Below, piece after piece: positions 32,840-42,275 of a stretch of DNA of 64,000 nt. This stretch comes from an uncultured beta proteobacterium (GTDB taxonomy: Bacteria > Pseudomonadota > Gammaproteobacteria > Burkholderiales > Casimicrobiaceae), in assembly GCA_963718025.1 (NCBI GenBank), contig CAVQXW010000004.1, positions 249,523 to 313,522 of the forward strand, in the 5' to 3' direction. Numbering within the stretch: position 1 is the stretch's first letter; each line of letters opens with the position of its first letter. A model generated the notes under the pieces. It was not told the DNA's origin. It saw only the letters and a list, made by a program, of their open reading frames with translations, and ran no database searches. Made by a program: the position numbers and the translations under genes.

Positions 32840-33075
32840 ACGCGAACTGCTTCACAACCGCGCCGCGCCACCCCACGGAAGCTACCCAATGACCTGCAGC
32901 CTCCCTACATGCGCTTGCAGGGCTTCCTGGCTGCCCCGCTGTGGTGCATCCGCTCTCGACCACCGAAATTGACAACGATGATGACCGACCACGCTAAAAT
33001 CTGAACTCCACGCACCGCAACTCACCACGCGGTCAACATCGTCGGATTCATCGGTCAACTTCGCCGGAATACGCA

Positions 33076-33200
33076 ATGGGGTTGACGCCGGCTGCCACCA
33101 CGCGCACCAGCAGATCGCTGGCGCCGCAAGCGGGCACTGGTGCGTCCTCGAGCTGCATCTGCTCGGGGCCGCCGTAGGCATGGATGCGAATGGCTTTCAT
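33076..33200 (-). pseudogene. NADP-dependent oxidoreductase, 5' part
   Basis: MKAIRIHAYGGPE...VVAAGVNP joins in frame to NPIDWK once IS21 is removed. Confidence 0.9.
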
Positions 33201-33285
33201 GGGACGCATGGTCGGCTGATTCATCCGCGAGCAGAAGTGCGCAAAACGGGAATGACCTTTCCATCCGTGGCATAATCTATCCTGC

Positions 33286-34179
33286 ATGGGCGATCTCTCT
33301 GCGCTGCATGACATGACCCTGTTCGTAGAGGTCGCTCGCACCGGCAACTTCAGCCGCGCCAGCGCTCACCTCGGCGTGCCCGGTGCCACGCTGTCGCGCC
33401 GCATCGCCGCGATGGAGCACGAGTTCGGCGTGCGCCTGTTCGACCGCACCACGCGCCGGGTCGAACTTACCGACGCCGGCCGGCGCTACTTCGAGCGCTG
33501 CGCGCACCTGGTCGACGAAGCGCGCCTGGCGCAGGAGGCGCTGCGCGAATCGGCGGCCTTGCCGACCGGGCATGTGCGTGTCTCTATGCCGGTCGACCTG
33601 GGGGTGTTCGTGATCGGCCCGCTGCTGCCCGAGTTCGCGCGCCAGTTCCCGGGCATCAGCTTCGACCTCGACCTGTCGCCGCGCCACTCCGACCTGGTTG
33701 GCGAGCAAGTCGACGTTGCGATCCGTCTGGGCGGCGTCAAGGACGAGCAGCTCGTCGCGCGGCGCATCGGCGCCATCGAGCAGGCGCTGTTCGCGTCGCC
33801 GGCCTACCTCGACCTGCGCGGGCGGCCCATCCAGCCGGCCGATCTGGTCGAACACGAGTGCATCTTCGTGCGCAATCCGCAGCGCCAGGCGCTATGGCAA
33901 CTGCAGCGCGATGGCGAGTCGACACAGGTTGCCGTGCGCGGGCGGTTCATGGTCAACAACCTGGGGCTGATGCGCCTGCTCGCCGAGCGCGGCATGGGCA
34001 TCGCGGTGCTGGCGCCGCCGCTGGTCCGCGAGGCCGTGGCCCAGGAGCGCCTGGTGCAGGTGCTGTCGGAGTGGGGTGTGCCGCGCTTGCCGATCCAAGC
34101 CGTGATGTCGTCGCGCCTGCAGCCGGTCAGCGTCAAGGCGCTGGTCGATTTCCTCGCGGCGCGGCTGGCGCTGCTCTGA
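33286..34179 (+). CDS. LysR family transcriptional regulator
   Basis: FSRASAHLGVPGATLSRRIAAME...LFDRTTRRVELT; divergent from the oxidoreductase operon. Confidence 0.95.
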   Translation: MGDLSALHDMTLFVEVARTGNFSRASAHLGVPGATLSRRIAAMEHEFGVRLFDRTTRRVELTDAGRRYFERCAHLVDEARLAQEALRESAALPTGHVRVSMPVDLGVFVIGPLLPEFARQFPGISFDLDLSPRHSDLVGEQVDVAIRLGGVKDEQLVARRIGAIEQALFASPAYLDLRGRPIQPADLVEHECIFVRNPQRQALWQLQRDGESTQVAVRGRFMVNNLGLMRLLAERGMGIAVLAPPLVREAVAQERLVQVLSEWGVPRLPIQAVMSSRLQPVSVKALVDFLAARLALL

Positions 34180-34278
34180 GGCTTGGGTCAGTCGGCAGTA
34201 GCGAAGGACCGCAATCACAAACTCTGGTGTGCTCTACACCTTCAGCAAAGGGCAAGCTTCAAGGTGGACGGTCGTTCA

Positions 34279-36358
34279 CCTAGCCTGGATTTCCACGCGA
34301 CGGGATTCGACTAACAGTAGCGGTGCGCCAGCGTCTACGCGCGTCCCCTAATCAGGGGATCGTACTCGTTAGTCATGTGGTGCGCCTACGGCCGGCCATT
34401 CCGCTGGCCGTTTGGTCGGCAAGCTCGATCGGTGCGGTGATGCGGCCACGACTGCCAGCCTCGTCAACAGCCCCTATCCCATAGCGAAGGCATCCCCACA
34501 ACGGATGGGGGTGGCCCGGCTATTGACAACCATCGCTTGTATGTAGCAGTATGCAGGCATGGGTATAGGGGCACCAAAAGACTTAACACAGTGCCGCCGC
34601 TACTTCGCGGAACCGTCGCACCCGCGGCAGCGCATGTATGAGGCGTTGCGCGCCTATTTCCTGGAAGGGCGTGCTTCCCAGGAAGTGGCGCGCGACTTCG
34701 GCTATACCCCCGGCTCCTTTCGCGTGCTCTGTCACGCGTTCCGCCGCGATTCCGATCCGCGGTTCTTCATCTCCCCGCCGCCCGGGCCGCGCGAGCAGCC
34801 GAAGAAGGCCAAGGCACTCGATCTGGTGATCGCGTTGCGCAAGCAGAACCACTCGGTCTACGAGATCGCCACCGCGCTCAAAGCGCGCGCGCTGCCGTTG
34901 AGTCCGACCGCGGTGCGCGAGGTGCTGCGCGCGGAAGGCTTCGCCCCGTTGCCGCGGCGCCTGGATGAGGAGCGGCCCGCGCAGCCGGGACCGACGGTGG
35001 AGCCGGTGGCGGACGCGCGCGCCTTCGGGTTGACCCCGGGGACCAAGTTCACCACCCGCGTGGGCGGGCTGTTTCTGTTTCTGCCCGATCTGGTGCGCCT
35101 TGCGGTCGAGACCTTGGCGGTGAAAGCCAAGTTGCCGGGCTCGCAAATGATTCCGGCACCGCATGCCTTACGCGCGGCACTCGCGCTCAAGCTCTGGTCG
35201 ATCGAGCGCAAGAGCCACGTCATGGCGCTGGTCGCCGACCCCGGCTTGGCCTTGTTCTGTGGCTTGAACGCGATGCCGAAGAAGAGCTACCTCAGCGAAT
35301 ATTCCTCGCGCCTCGACCATGCCCGGACCACGAGCCTGTTGGCCGCCTGGCACCGTGCGGTCGCGCACGACGCACTGTTCCCCGGCGCCTCGTTCAACCT
35401 CGATTTCCACTCAGTCCCCTATTACGGGGAAGACCCGCAGGCCGAGCGCCATTACGTCTCGATGCGTAGCCGCGCGCAGCCCTCGGTGCTCACCTTCCTG
35501 GCGCAAGACGCCAGCGGGCGGGCGTTCTGCTATTCCAATGCCGATCTGCGCAAGGGCGAAGAGGCCGAAGAGATCTTCCGCTTCATCGCCTTCTGGAAGC
35601 AGCACCACGGACAGCCTCCACGCCATCTGGTGTTCGATTCGCGACTGACCACCTACGCTCACCTCGCGCGGCTCGATGGCTTGGGGATCACGTTCATCAC
35701 GCTGCGGCGGCGCTCGCCAAGCCTGCTCGCGGAAATCGCCGGCCTGGCGCCCTCGGCCTGGCGTCGGGTGAGCCTGGATGTCCCGGCGCGCAAGTACAAG
35801 ACCCCGCGCGTGTTCGAGCAGCCGGTCACCCTCGAAGGCGCGACCCTTCGGCAATTGTTCATCCTCGATCTCGGCCACGAGGAGCCGACGATCCTGCTCA
35901 GCAATGATCGGCAGAGCACCCCGGCCAAGCTCATTGCCCGCTACGCGCAGCGCATGCTGATCGAGAACGCGCTCTCCGACGCGGTGCGCTTCTTCCACAT
36001 GGATGCGCTGTCCTCGGCCGTGGGTCTCAAAGTGGATTTCGACATGGCGCTGCTGGTGATCGCCAGCGGCCTCTACCGTCTGCTCGCGCAGCGCATGCGC
36101 GGCTACGCCGAGGCCCAGGCCCGCCACATCTTCCGTGACCTGGTCGACACCCCAGCCGACGTGCGCATCTCCGAACGCGACGTGCATCTGCGCTTCCACC
36201 GCCGCGCGCACTTGCCGATCATCATCGCATCCGGGATACTCAACGCGCCGGTCAACGTGCCTTGGTGGAACAATTACACCCTGAGCATGAGCGCTTGAGG
36301 CGGACCGAAAACAGCTCCGGTGTTAGTCCAATCACCTCGCGTGGAAATCCAGGCTAGG
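34279..36358 (+). mobile_element. unclassified IS with a DDE transposase
   Basis: perfect 22-bp IR CCTAGCCTGGATTTCCACGCGA (34279-34300 / 36337-36358), extending to 38 bp with 3 mismatches; CTAG at both ends may be the target duplication. Confidence 0.85.
34559..36298 (+). CDS. putative DDE transposase with N-terminal HTH (loosely IS1380/IS1634/IS701-like)
   Basis: only long ORF inside the IRs; acidic motifs LDFH, VFDS, IENALSD in RNase H-like spacing. Confidence 0.75.
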   Translation: MGIGAPKDLTQCRRYFAEPSHPRQRMYEALRAYFLEGRASQEVARDFGYTPGSFRVLCHAFRRDSDPRFFISPPPGPREQPKKAKALDLVIALRKQNHSVYEIATALKARALPLSPTAVREVLRAEGFAPLPRRLDEERPAQPGPTVEPVADARAFGLTPGTKFTTRVGGLFLFLPDLVRLAVETLAVKAKLPGSQMIPAPHALRAALALKLWSIERKSHVMALVADPGLALFCGLNAMPKKSYLSEYSSRLDHARTTSLLAAWHRAVAHDALFPGASFNLDFHSVPYYGEDPQAERHYVSMRSRAQPSVLTFLAQDASGRAFCYSNADLRKGEEAEEIFRFIAFWKQHHGQPPRHLVFDSRLTTYAHLARLDGLGITFITLRRRSPSLLAEIAGLAPSAWRRVSLDVPARKYKTPRVFEQPVTLEGATLRQLFILDLGHEEPTILLSNDRQSTPAKLIARYAQRMLIENALSDAVRFFHMDALSSAVGLKVDFDMALLVIASGLYRLLAQRMRGYAEAQARHIFRDLVDTPADVRISERDVHLRFHRRAHLPIIIASGILNAPVNVPWWNNYTLSMSA

Positions 36359-36542
36359 GCATTGTGGCGGTTCGGCCCGATCATCAACGGCCAACGGATG
36401 ACCCGATCAGCCGAAGTGGTTTGGCGAAGCGGTTCGCGAGCTAGGCCGTCGTGATCAGGGCCGGTTCTGCCGGTAGCCGCCTCGGATGTGCGGCCTCATC
36501 CGCGAGTCGCTCGAACACAGCTAACTGGCAAGGGAGGCAGTA

Positions 36543-36860
36543 ATGATCACCGTGATGACGCAGTTCAAGTTCCCGCGCCCTGTCCCGGTCGAGAGGGCGC
36601 GCGAGGCCGCGCTTGGCTCGGCCCCGAGGTACCGGGGCGTGCCGGGGTTGATCCGGAAGTACTTCGCCCTTTCTCCCGACGGCATGAGCGGGGCCGGCAT
36701 TTATCTATGGAAGTCGCGCGAGGACGCGGATCGCATGTACAACAGCGAAGAATGGCGGGCGTTCGTGCGTGAAAGATATGGCTCCGAGCCGACGTTCACC
36801 TATCTGGAGACACTGGTCGTCGTCGACAACGTACGGAGCGAGATCGTCTCGGATTCGTAG
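36543..36860 (+). CDS. YdhR/dimeric alpha-beta barrel putative monooxygenase
   Basis: VPGLIRKYF...GAGIYLWKSREDA; GGAGG RBS. Confidence 0.8.
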   Translation: MITVMTQFKFPRPVPVERAREAALGSAPRYRGVPGLIRKYFALSPDGMSGAGIYLWKSREDADRMYNSEEWRAFVRERYGSEPTFTYLETLVVVDNVRSEIVSDS

Positions 36861-36962
36861 AAGCAGGCGAGAGGCGGTTGCGTTGTCAGGCTCGCATGTT
36901 AGCCGCGCCAGGCCGACTGCAAACCGCGAGGGTCCGGTTAGTTAAGACGCGGATGCCTGCAA

Positions 36963-37099
36963 AGGGTCGTTCAGAGTCAACTCCGTCCCGGCGCTGACCA
37001 GCGGCTCCGCGATCTACAGCGGACCTTGACGCATCGATGGCTGCAGCGGGTCACCCAGCGGCCACTCGGTCGAATCGCGTCAACGCCGGCAGCCGGCCA
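36963..37099 (+). repeat. 137-bp direct repeat, copy 1
   Basis: identical by eye to 52201-52337 (AGGGTCGTTCAGAG...GGCAGCCGGCCA). Confidence 0.92.
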
Positions 37100-37254
37100 G
37101 GAGCCGCCGTTTGAGCCCGGCTTGGTTCTCGCTCGGTACCGGACGTTGGACCGAGGCCACTTTTCGGGGCTTGGATCGGTTGATTCTCCTGTAGCAGAGA
37201 GCCGCGGAGCCAACCTGCGACGCGCGACAGATGCGGGCTGTCGTTGAAGCATCG

Positions 37255-38064
37255 CTACTTCACGCCGTATTCCTGAGCGGTTTCCCACGCCACCTGTTGC
37301 AGGTGCGCAGCGACATCGGCGGGCAGTCCGGCCGTGTAGGCGTTGCCGACGGGCGACTTGCCAAGGAGCGATGCGTACACCGTGCACGCGGCCAGGTAGG
37401 TGCCCGCGAGGCTCGGGTGCCGCTTGTCGGGCGCGTAGAGCTCGAGGTCCGGCTTCCGCGCCACGGACTTCGCGAAGGCGAGTCCCGCGGGCACGACCTG
37501 GGCACCATTGGTCTTGCCCGCGATGGTGTACTGCTCGGCAAGTTGGCCCGTCATCTCGGGCTTGTCCTTGTACGCCCAGGACATGAACAGGATCGGGCGC
37601 GCGCCGTTGGCCCGGATCGTATCCGCGTGCTTCTTCGCATACTCGTGGAACACGGACTTCAGCTTCGCGTGTATCGGGCACTGGCTGCAGTCCATGATCA
37701 TCACGGCGTCGAACTGCCGCCCGGGCGGGTTGAAGCTGATCTCGTTATCGCCGACGAACGAGTACCTGCCGATGCGGTCGGGCCCGAGATAGCTCGCGAC
37801 GTCGTGCCAGTCGATGCCCGAGCCACTGATTGTCACCGACACACCGCGGTGCGTGATCGACTTGTCGCCGCGGGTGAGCTGCGACACGTGCCCGTGCATG
37901 CTGTTGTTGTAATAGAAGAAGCTGTTGCCGACCCACAGCAGCGTCTGCGGCGGGCCGCTCGAAACCGCCGGTGTAGCGGATGGGTTTGGGACCTGGGTCG
38001 CACAGCCTGTGATGGCGAGCAGGACGAGCAGCGGCCCGAAGACGCGGTACAGGGGGAGGGTCAT
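37255..38064 (-). CDS. SGNH-type hydrolase lipoprotein (DUF4886-like)
   Basis: ITGC lipobox; WVGNSFF; DKRHPSLAGTYLAA. Confidence 0.8.
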   Translation of the reverse strand: MTLPLYRVFGPLLVLLAITGCATQVPNPSATPAVSSGPPQTLLWVGNSFFYYNNSMHGHVSQLTRGDKSITHRGVSVTISGSGIDWHDVASYLGPDRIGRYSFVGDNEISFNPPGRQFDAVMIMDCSQCPIHAKLKSVFHEYAKKHADTIRANGARPILFMSWAYKDKPEMTGQLAEQYTIAGKTNGAQVVPAGLAFAKSVARKPDLELYAPDKRHPSLAGTYLAACTVYASLLGKSPVGNAYTAGLPADVAAHLQQVAWETAQEYGVK

Positions 38065-38222
38065 GACTTGGGTCCTATCGACACCGAATGGGTGGGGGCT
38101 CCCCGCGAGGATAGCGGATGGCGGACGACCTGTGGACGACGTGCCGGTCTGCGTCACCGAAGGGGTGGCTGCGCGTTCGCGACATCGGTCACCGACAATC
38201 GTCGAACGTGCAGGTCCGCTCG

Positions 38223-38288
38223 GGGTCGTACTGCGACCTTCAGCGATCCAACCGCTCGCGTTCAGACTCGACGGTCGCAGACCGGCCA
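38223..38288 (+). repeat. 66-bp palindromic repeat unit, copy A
   Basis: GGGTCG...CGGCCA; about 57/66 identical to 41464-41529. Confidence 0.75.
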
Positions 38289-38442
38289 CAACCAGACCGT
38301 CGTCACCACCCGCCAATCGGCATCGGAAGGACTGCCAGGAGAAGGGCGCCGCGGCCCCCGGCGTTCGCGACGTCGGCAGCCCGCGGCAAACCCGCTTCGA
38401 GGTTGCGAAGTCGCTTCATCCGCGCTTCGTTAAGTCTTGCGG

Positions 38443-40323
38443 TCAGTGGCCCTGATCGTGCGGTACGACACAGGTTGCGACAGCCGTCGTGGCGTTGCCT
38501 GCGCGATCGGTCGCGTTTGCCGACAGCGTGTAGGTGCGTCCCGGTCCATCGCCAAGGCGTGTCGCCCGAACGGAAATGATCCGCGGAGCGAGACCGGTGC
38601 CGGCCGTCACGGTGTCGGGCTGTCCCGGTGCCGCAGCTTCGCTGCTTGCAACGCTGGTATTGAAGGACGACAGGCCGGACAATCCGTCCTGTGCCGCAAC
38701 GGTCGCGACATTCACGAGCTTGTTGTTCGGGGGCCAGATCTCGCATCCGGCCGCGGGCAAACCCGAGATCGAAGGCGGTGTCTTGTCGAGTTGCACGACC
38801 AGGGTCTTGGCGGTCTCGGCATTGCCTGCGTTGTCGGTCGCATAGTAGGTGACCGTCGTCTGGCCCTCGGCGTTGATGGTCAGCGAAGCACTGCCACCGT
38901 TGACGCTCCCGACGCCGACCTGGCCGCCGGCCGTGGAAAACGTAATCTGCTTGACGCCCGAGCCGTTCGCGTTGTCGGTCGCGGTCAGCGTCACGGTCAC
39001 GTCGGCATTGTTCCAGCCGTTGGCGTTGGCGGGCGGGTTCGCCGCCGCAACCGTGGTCGGGGCCGACAGGTCGGCCCCGACCGTCGCCTGTGCGACTCGC
39101 TGCAGCTGCACGGCGACGTAAGGCGCGATCCCCAGTTCGGCCGCTGCCATTTCACCAGCCCCGAGGCTCAACGCATTGCGGCCGGTGAGCGTCTGGAACA
39201 AAACCAGTGCACTGAGGTAGGAGCCGTGCTTGCTCGCGTGCAGATAGTCGTCCCACCACAGGTTGGTCTTGTCCCCCGGCACCGCGACGGTATACGTTCC
39301 CTCGGCGTTATAAAAGCCGTCGCGCTTCGCGACATCTTCGTCCAACGCGCGCTGAAACGCGTCGCCGACCGGGATCACGCCGGCGAGACTGGGATTCGCG
39401 ATGACGTTGGCGCGTCCAGGGATCGGCTGCAACTTCGCGGCAAAGCTTGCCCGCAGGTCTGCCGTCATGCCTGCAAGTCCCGTGTCGGTGTAGTAGAGCG
39501 TGTCGGGGTAGCCGTCTGGACGGGTCGGAACGCCGTTAACAATCAAGGTGTCGACGATCGGCCGGCCGTCCGGGACGGTCGGATAGTTCGCATCGGCGAT
39601 GGTGGCAAGGTGCGGAAAGACCATGTCCGGCCGCGCCCAAGTCTGCGTCAGGTACACCTTCGTGTCGGCGCTGGCGTTCGGGTTCGCCGGGATGACGCGT
39701 GAGGTCGTGTTGCTGCACGCCAACGGCGTACCGAGTGCAAGCCTGCAGGCCGCATCGCTGCCGTATATCGCCTGATACATGCTCCTTTCCGTGAAGGTCT
39801 CGGCAGCGCCGAGGTGGACGTACTTCTCGATCTTGTCGACGTACGCGCTGAACTGGGGAAGGTTCGCGTTGGCGCCGCGCCCTGACGGCAGCGCAGCGTC
39901 GCTCTGCTCCTGCAGCACCACGATGTCCCACTTGCGCTTGGCGATGTTGCCGCGCAGGTCCCAGTCGGCGTTGGCCGTATTGAGGAAGTGTCCACGCAGC
40001 GTGGCGGCGTTGCGCGCCGACATCGACACGTTGAACTCGAAGCCGGCCTGGTCGGCGAGTCGCTTGAAGATGCCCGGGACGCCGCCCCACGGATGCGGCT
40101 CCCACGCGCGCGTGCCGGTCGTGTCGGTGAAATTCGGATCTGGCAGATCCGGCCGCGGCCGGGTCAGGTCGTCCACGTTCGCGGTGTTGTAGCTCATCAC
40201 CGGATCGAGACGCCCGAACGTGTAGCTGTTGCCGACGAACAGGATCGAACTCGGAGCGGCGATGACGGCGGAACTGGCGGTAGACGCGGCGAAGGCGAGG
40301 GCGAGCGGTACGAAACGCTTCAT
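38443..40323 (-). CDS. secreted SGNH-type protein with C-terminal beta-rich Ig-like domains
   Basis: signal peptide; FVGNSYTF, VLQEQS, DYLHASKHGSYL; TDNAGN-type repeats and WPPNNKLV in the C-terminus. Confidence 0.8.
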   Translation of the reverse strand: MKRFVPLALAFAASTASSAVIAAPSSILFVGNSYTFGRLDPVMSYNTANVDDLTRPRPDLPDPNFTDTTGTRAWEPHPWGGVPGIFKRLADQAGFEFNVSMSARNAATLRGHFLNTANADWDLRGNIAKRKWDIVVLQEQSDAALPSGRGANANLPQFSAYVDKIEKYVHLGAAETFTERSMYQAIYGSDAACRLALGTPLACSNTTSRVIPANPNASADTKVYLTQTWARPDMVFPHLATIADANYPTVPDGRPIVDTLIVNGVPTRPDGYPDTLYYTDTGLAGMTADLRASFAAKLQPIPGRANVIANPSLAGVIPVGDAFQRALDEDVAKRDGFYNAEGTYTVAVPGDKTNLWWDDYLHASKHGSYLSALVLFQTLTGRNALSLGAGEMAAAELGIAPYVAVQLQRVAQATVGADLSAPTTVAAANPPANANGWNNADVTVTLTATDNANGSGVKQITFSTAGGQVGVGSVNGGSASLTINAEGQTTVTYYATDNAGNAETAKTLVVQLDKTPPSISGLPAAGCEIWPPNNKLVNVATVAAQDGLSGLSSFNTSVASSEAAAPGQPDTVTAGTGLAPRIISVRATRLGDGPGRTYTLSANATDRAGNATTAVATCVVPHDQGH

Positions 40324-40712
40324 GGGAGCTCCGAGGCGGGGGTTGGCCGGCGGACGATAGGCACAAGAAACCCAGAGGTCAAGTATAAGTACATCGGTCA
40401 CCAGGCCTGAAAATCGCCAGCGGCGGGTATGGGTTGGGCACGGCCGCCCGGCCTCCGGCGATGGCGGGTCTACGGTTTACACCGGCCCTTCACGCGTCCG
40501 TGGCCGCTGTATGTCATCCAGCGGCCGCTCGGGTCCGTACGGTGGCTGGCCGGCGACCGGCCAACAGCTGTCGGTCGGGGTCGCCGCTGGATCGTCCGGC
40601 AAGCGGCCGTAGGCGCGCGGCGATCCCCCGACCCCGCGCGGCCAGGGAGAGCGAGCCGCCGCGCGGCGTATCGACCACGATCGGCAGCGCCGATTGCCGG
40701 TCCTTCCTGCGT

Positions 40713-41213
40713 TTACTTCTTGCGCTCAACGACCCATTCGCAGTGGGAGTCGCCATGGAGCATATTCTTGGTCAGTCTGAATGTGAAATTTGGGTTCAGA
40801 CTTTCGACAGCTCCATCCCCCCATCGTTGGTGCCCTACGCCGCAGGTGTCAAAGTCAACACCTTGCTCCTTCCATCTCTTGTGCCATGGGCATTGAGTAG
40901 TCTTTCCGACGCATCTGTCTTTGGTGGCTTCAACAACCTCGAACACAAACTCGGGCCCCATCGACGCTTGAGCAAGAAGATGTGTAATCCCTTCGATGTC
41001 CTTGGCGGTCTCGGTGGCCAGTCCAAGGTTGGCAGCAAATTCCTTTGCTCCCTTTCCGGCTCCGTACCACAGCGGACCATTGAACTCCTCAAATTTCTTC
41101 TGTCCGACAGCCTCCTTCAAGGCTTTGGAGACTGCAATGTACGCGCCGGTCAATCCTTTCGTTGCAATTTCCCACCTCGTCTTCTCGGGAATCGCTTCCA
41201 GCGGGTCAGCCAT
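40713..41213 (-). CDS. L-2-amino-thiazoline-4-carboxylate hydrolase-like / DUF6125-like protein
   Basis: QCPWHKRW...TCGVGH...GDSHCEW motif pattern; AGGAGGAGG RBS; AT-richer than its surroundings. Confidence 0.65.
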   Translation of the reverse strand: MADPLEAIPEKTRWEIATKGLTGAYIAVSKALKEAVGQKKFEEFNGPLWYGAGKGAKEFAANLGLATETAKDIEGITHLLAQASMGPEFVFEVVEATKDRCVGKTTQCPWHKRWKEQGVDFDTCGVGHQRWGDGAVESLNPNFTFRLTKNMLHGDSHCEWVVERKK

Positions 41214-41463
41214 CGATCGCCTCCTCCTGTGGACCGTGCTTCGAATTGCCCCCTGCAGCCGAACTGATTCTCGCTCCGTGCCCCAACCATTGCAAGGCGC
41301 GCGTGGTCCGACTCGGCCTCGCGGCCGTAGTCGGCGACGGCGGCGCCATGAAGGTAGGATGTCGGTCCTCGAACATCGGCGTCGTGCGACTTGTTGCCGG
41401 GGCCTCAATAGCGGCTTCCATCGCACTGTGTGTTCGCGCCGGTGTCCGGCCAATGTCGGGATC

Positions 41464-41529
41464 GGGTCGTTCTGCGACCGTCGCCGATCAAACCGCTCGC
41501 GTTCAGACTTGAAGGTCTCTGACCGGCCA
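41464..41529 (+). repeat. 66-bp palindromic repeat unit, copy B
   Basis: same length and ends as 38223-38288. Confidence 0.75.
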
Positions 41530-41699
41530 ACTGCTGTCAGTTGCGCTGGGCACCGAGATCGCTCCAGACCGGACATTGGAACGTCACCGCACCGCATGAA
41601 TCCTTGGGCTGAGATTCCCCCCGCACGGATCAGCCCAGGTTATTTCCCGGTTGCACTCACGCGTGGGCTATCGAACGGATTCGACGGCGGTCCCGCCGA

Positions 41700-42203
41700 T
41701 CAACACTGGTGCGTGAGCCCGATCACCCTGGCAAGGTAGTCCGCCAGCGCCGCCAAGTCGGCGACCCGAAAGCGCGGCAACGAGGTCTCGATAGGCTCAT
41801 CGGACACGAGCGATACGATGTTCTTGTTCCCTGGCCACCGCATGGTGCGACCGCTGGAGGGCACGCAGACCTCGACGGTCGGAATCGCCGCCGTTTTGAA
41901 CCCTTGGGCGATGACCACGTCGACCAGCGCGAGCCGCGCGAGTAGGGAGTCGAGCGATGGTTCGGGATCGGCGCCGAACTCCTGCATCAACACCAGACGC
42001 TTGTCGCCGACGAGCATGACCTCGCGACAGCCCGCTTCGCGCCGCGCGTACGACCCCTTGCCTGGTTGATCCAGGTCGAACCCGTCCGGGGCGCGCTTGA
42101 TGGTCGACACCGACCACCCGTTAAAATGGAAGGCGTGGATCAGATCCTCGACGAACGTCCCCTGGCCCAATGCGGAGGCCCCCAAGAGTCCAATGACCTT
42201 CAT
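41700..42203 (-). CDS. mobB: molybdopterin-guanine dinucleotide biosynthesis protein B-like
   Basis: VSTIKRAPDGFDLDQPGKGSY..REAG, DVVIAQGFK; P-loop degenerate. Confidence 0.8.
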   Translation of the reverse strand: MKVIGLLGASALGQGTFVEDLIHAFHFNGWSVSTIKRAPDGFDLDQPGKGSYARREAGCREVMLVGDKRLVLMQEFGADPEPSLDSLLARLALVDVVIAQGFKTAAIPTVEVCVPSSGRTMRWPGNKNIVSLVSDEPIETSLPRFRVADLAALADYLARVIGLTHQC

Positions 42204-42275
42204 TGGGCTGGGCAACGGCCAGGGAAAGCCTGAGTCATCGGCGGTTGTCGCGAGAGGGCTGTGCGCCGTCGAAGG

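Larger units (their letters stand above)
30271..33075 (+). mobile_element. IS21-family insertion sequence (2805 bp)
   Basis: ends TGTGTATTCC / revcomp TGCGTATTCC; repeated TCCGACG..TGACCG subterminal boxes; 7-bp target duplication ATGGGGT at 30264-30270 and 33076-33082. Confidence 0.95.

Noticed and set aside
34320-34500. Group II intron 5' end (GTGCG) in the structured IS leader
   Set aside because: No reverse-transcriptase ORF and no domain V/VI; it lies within the IS inverted repeats
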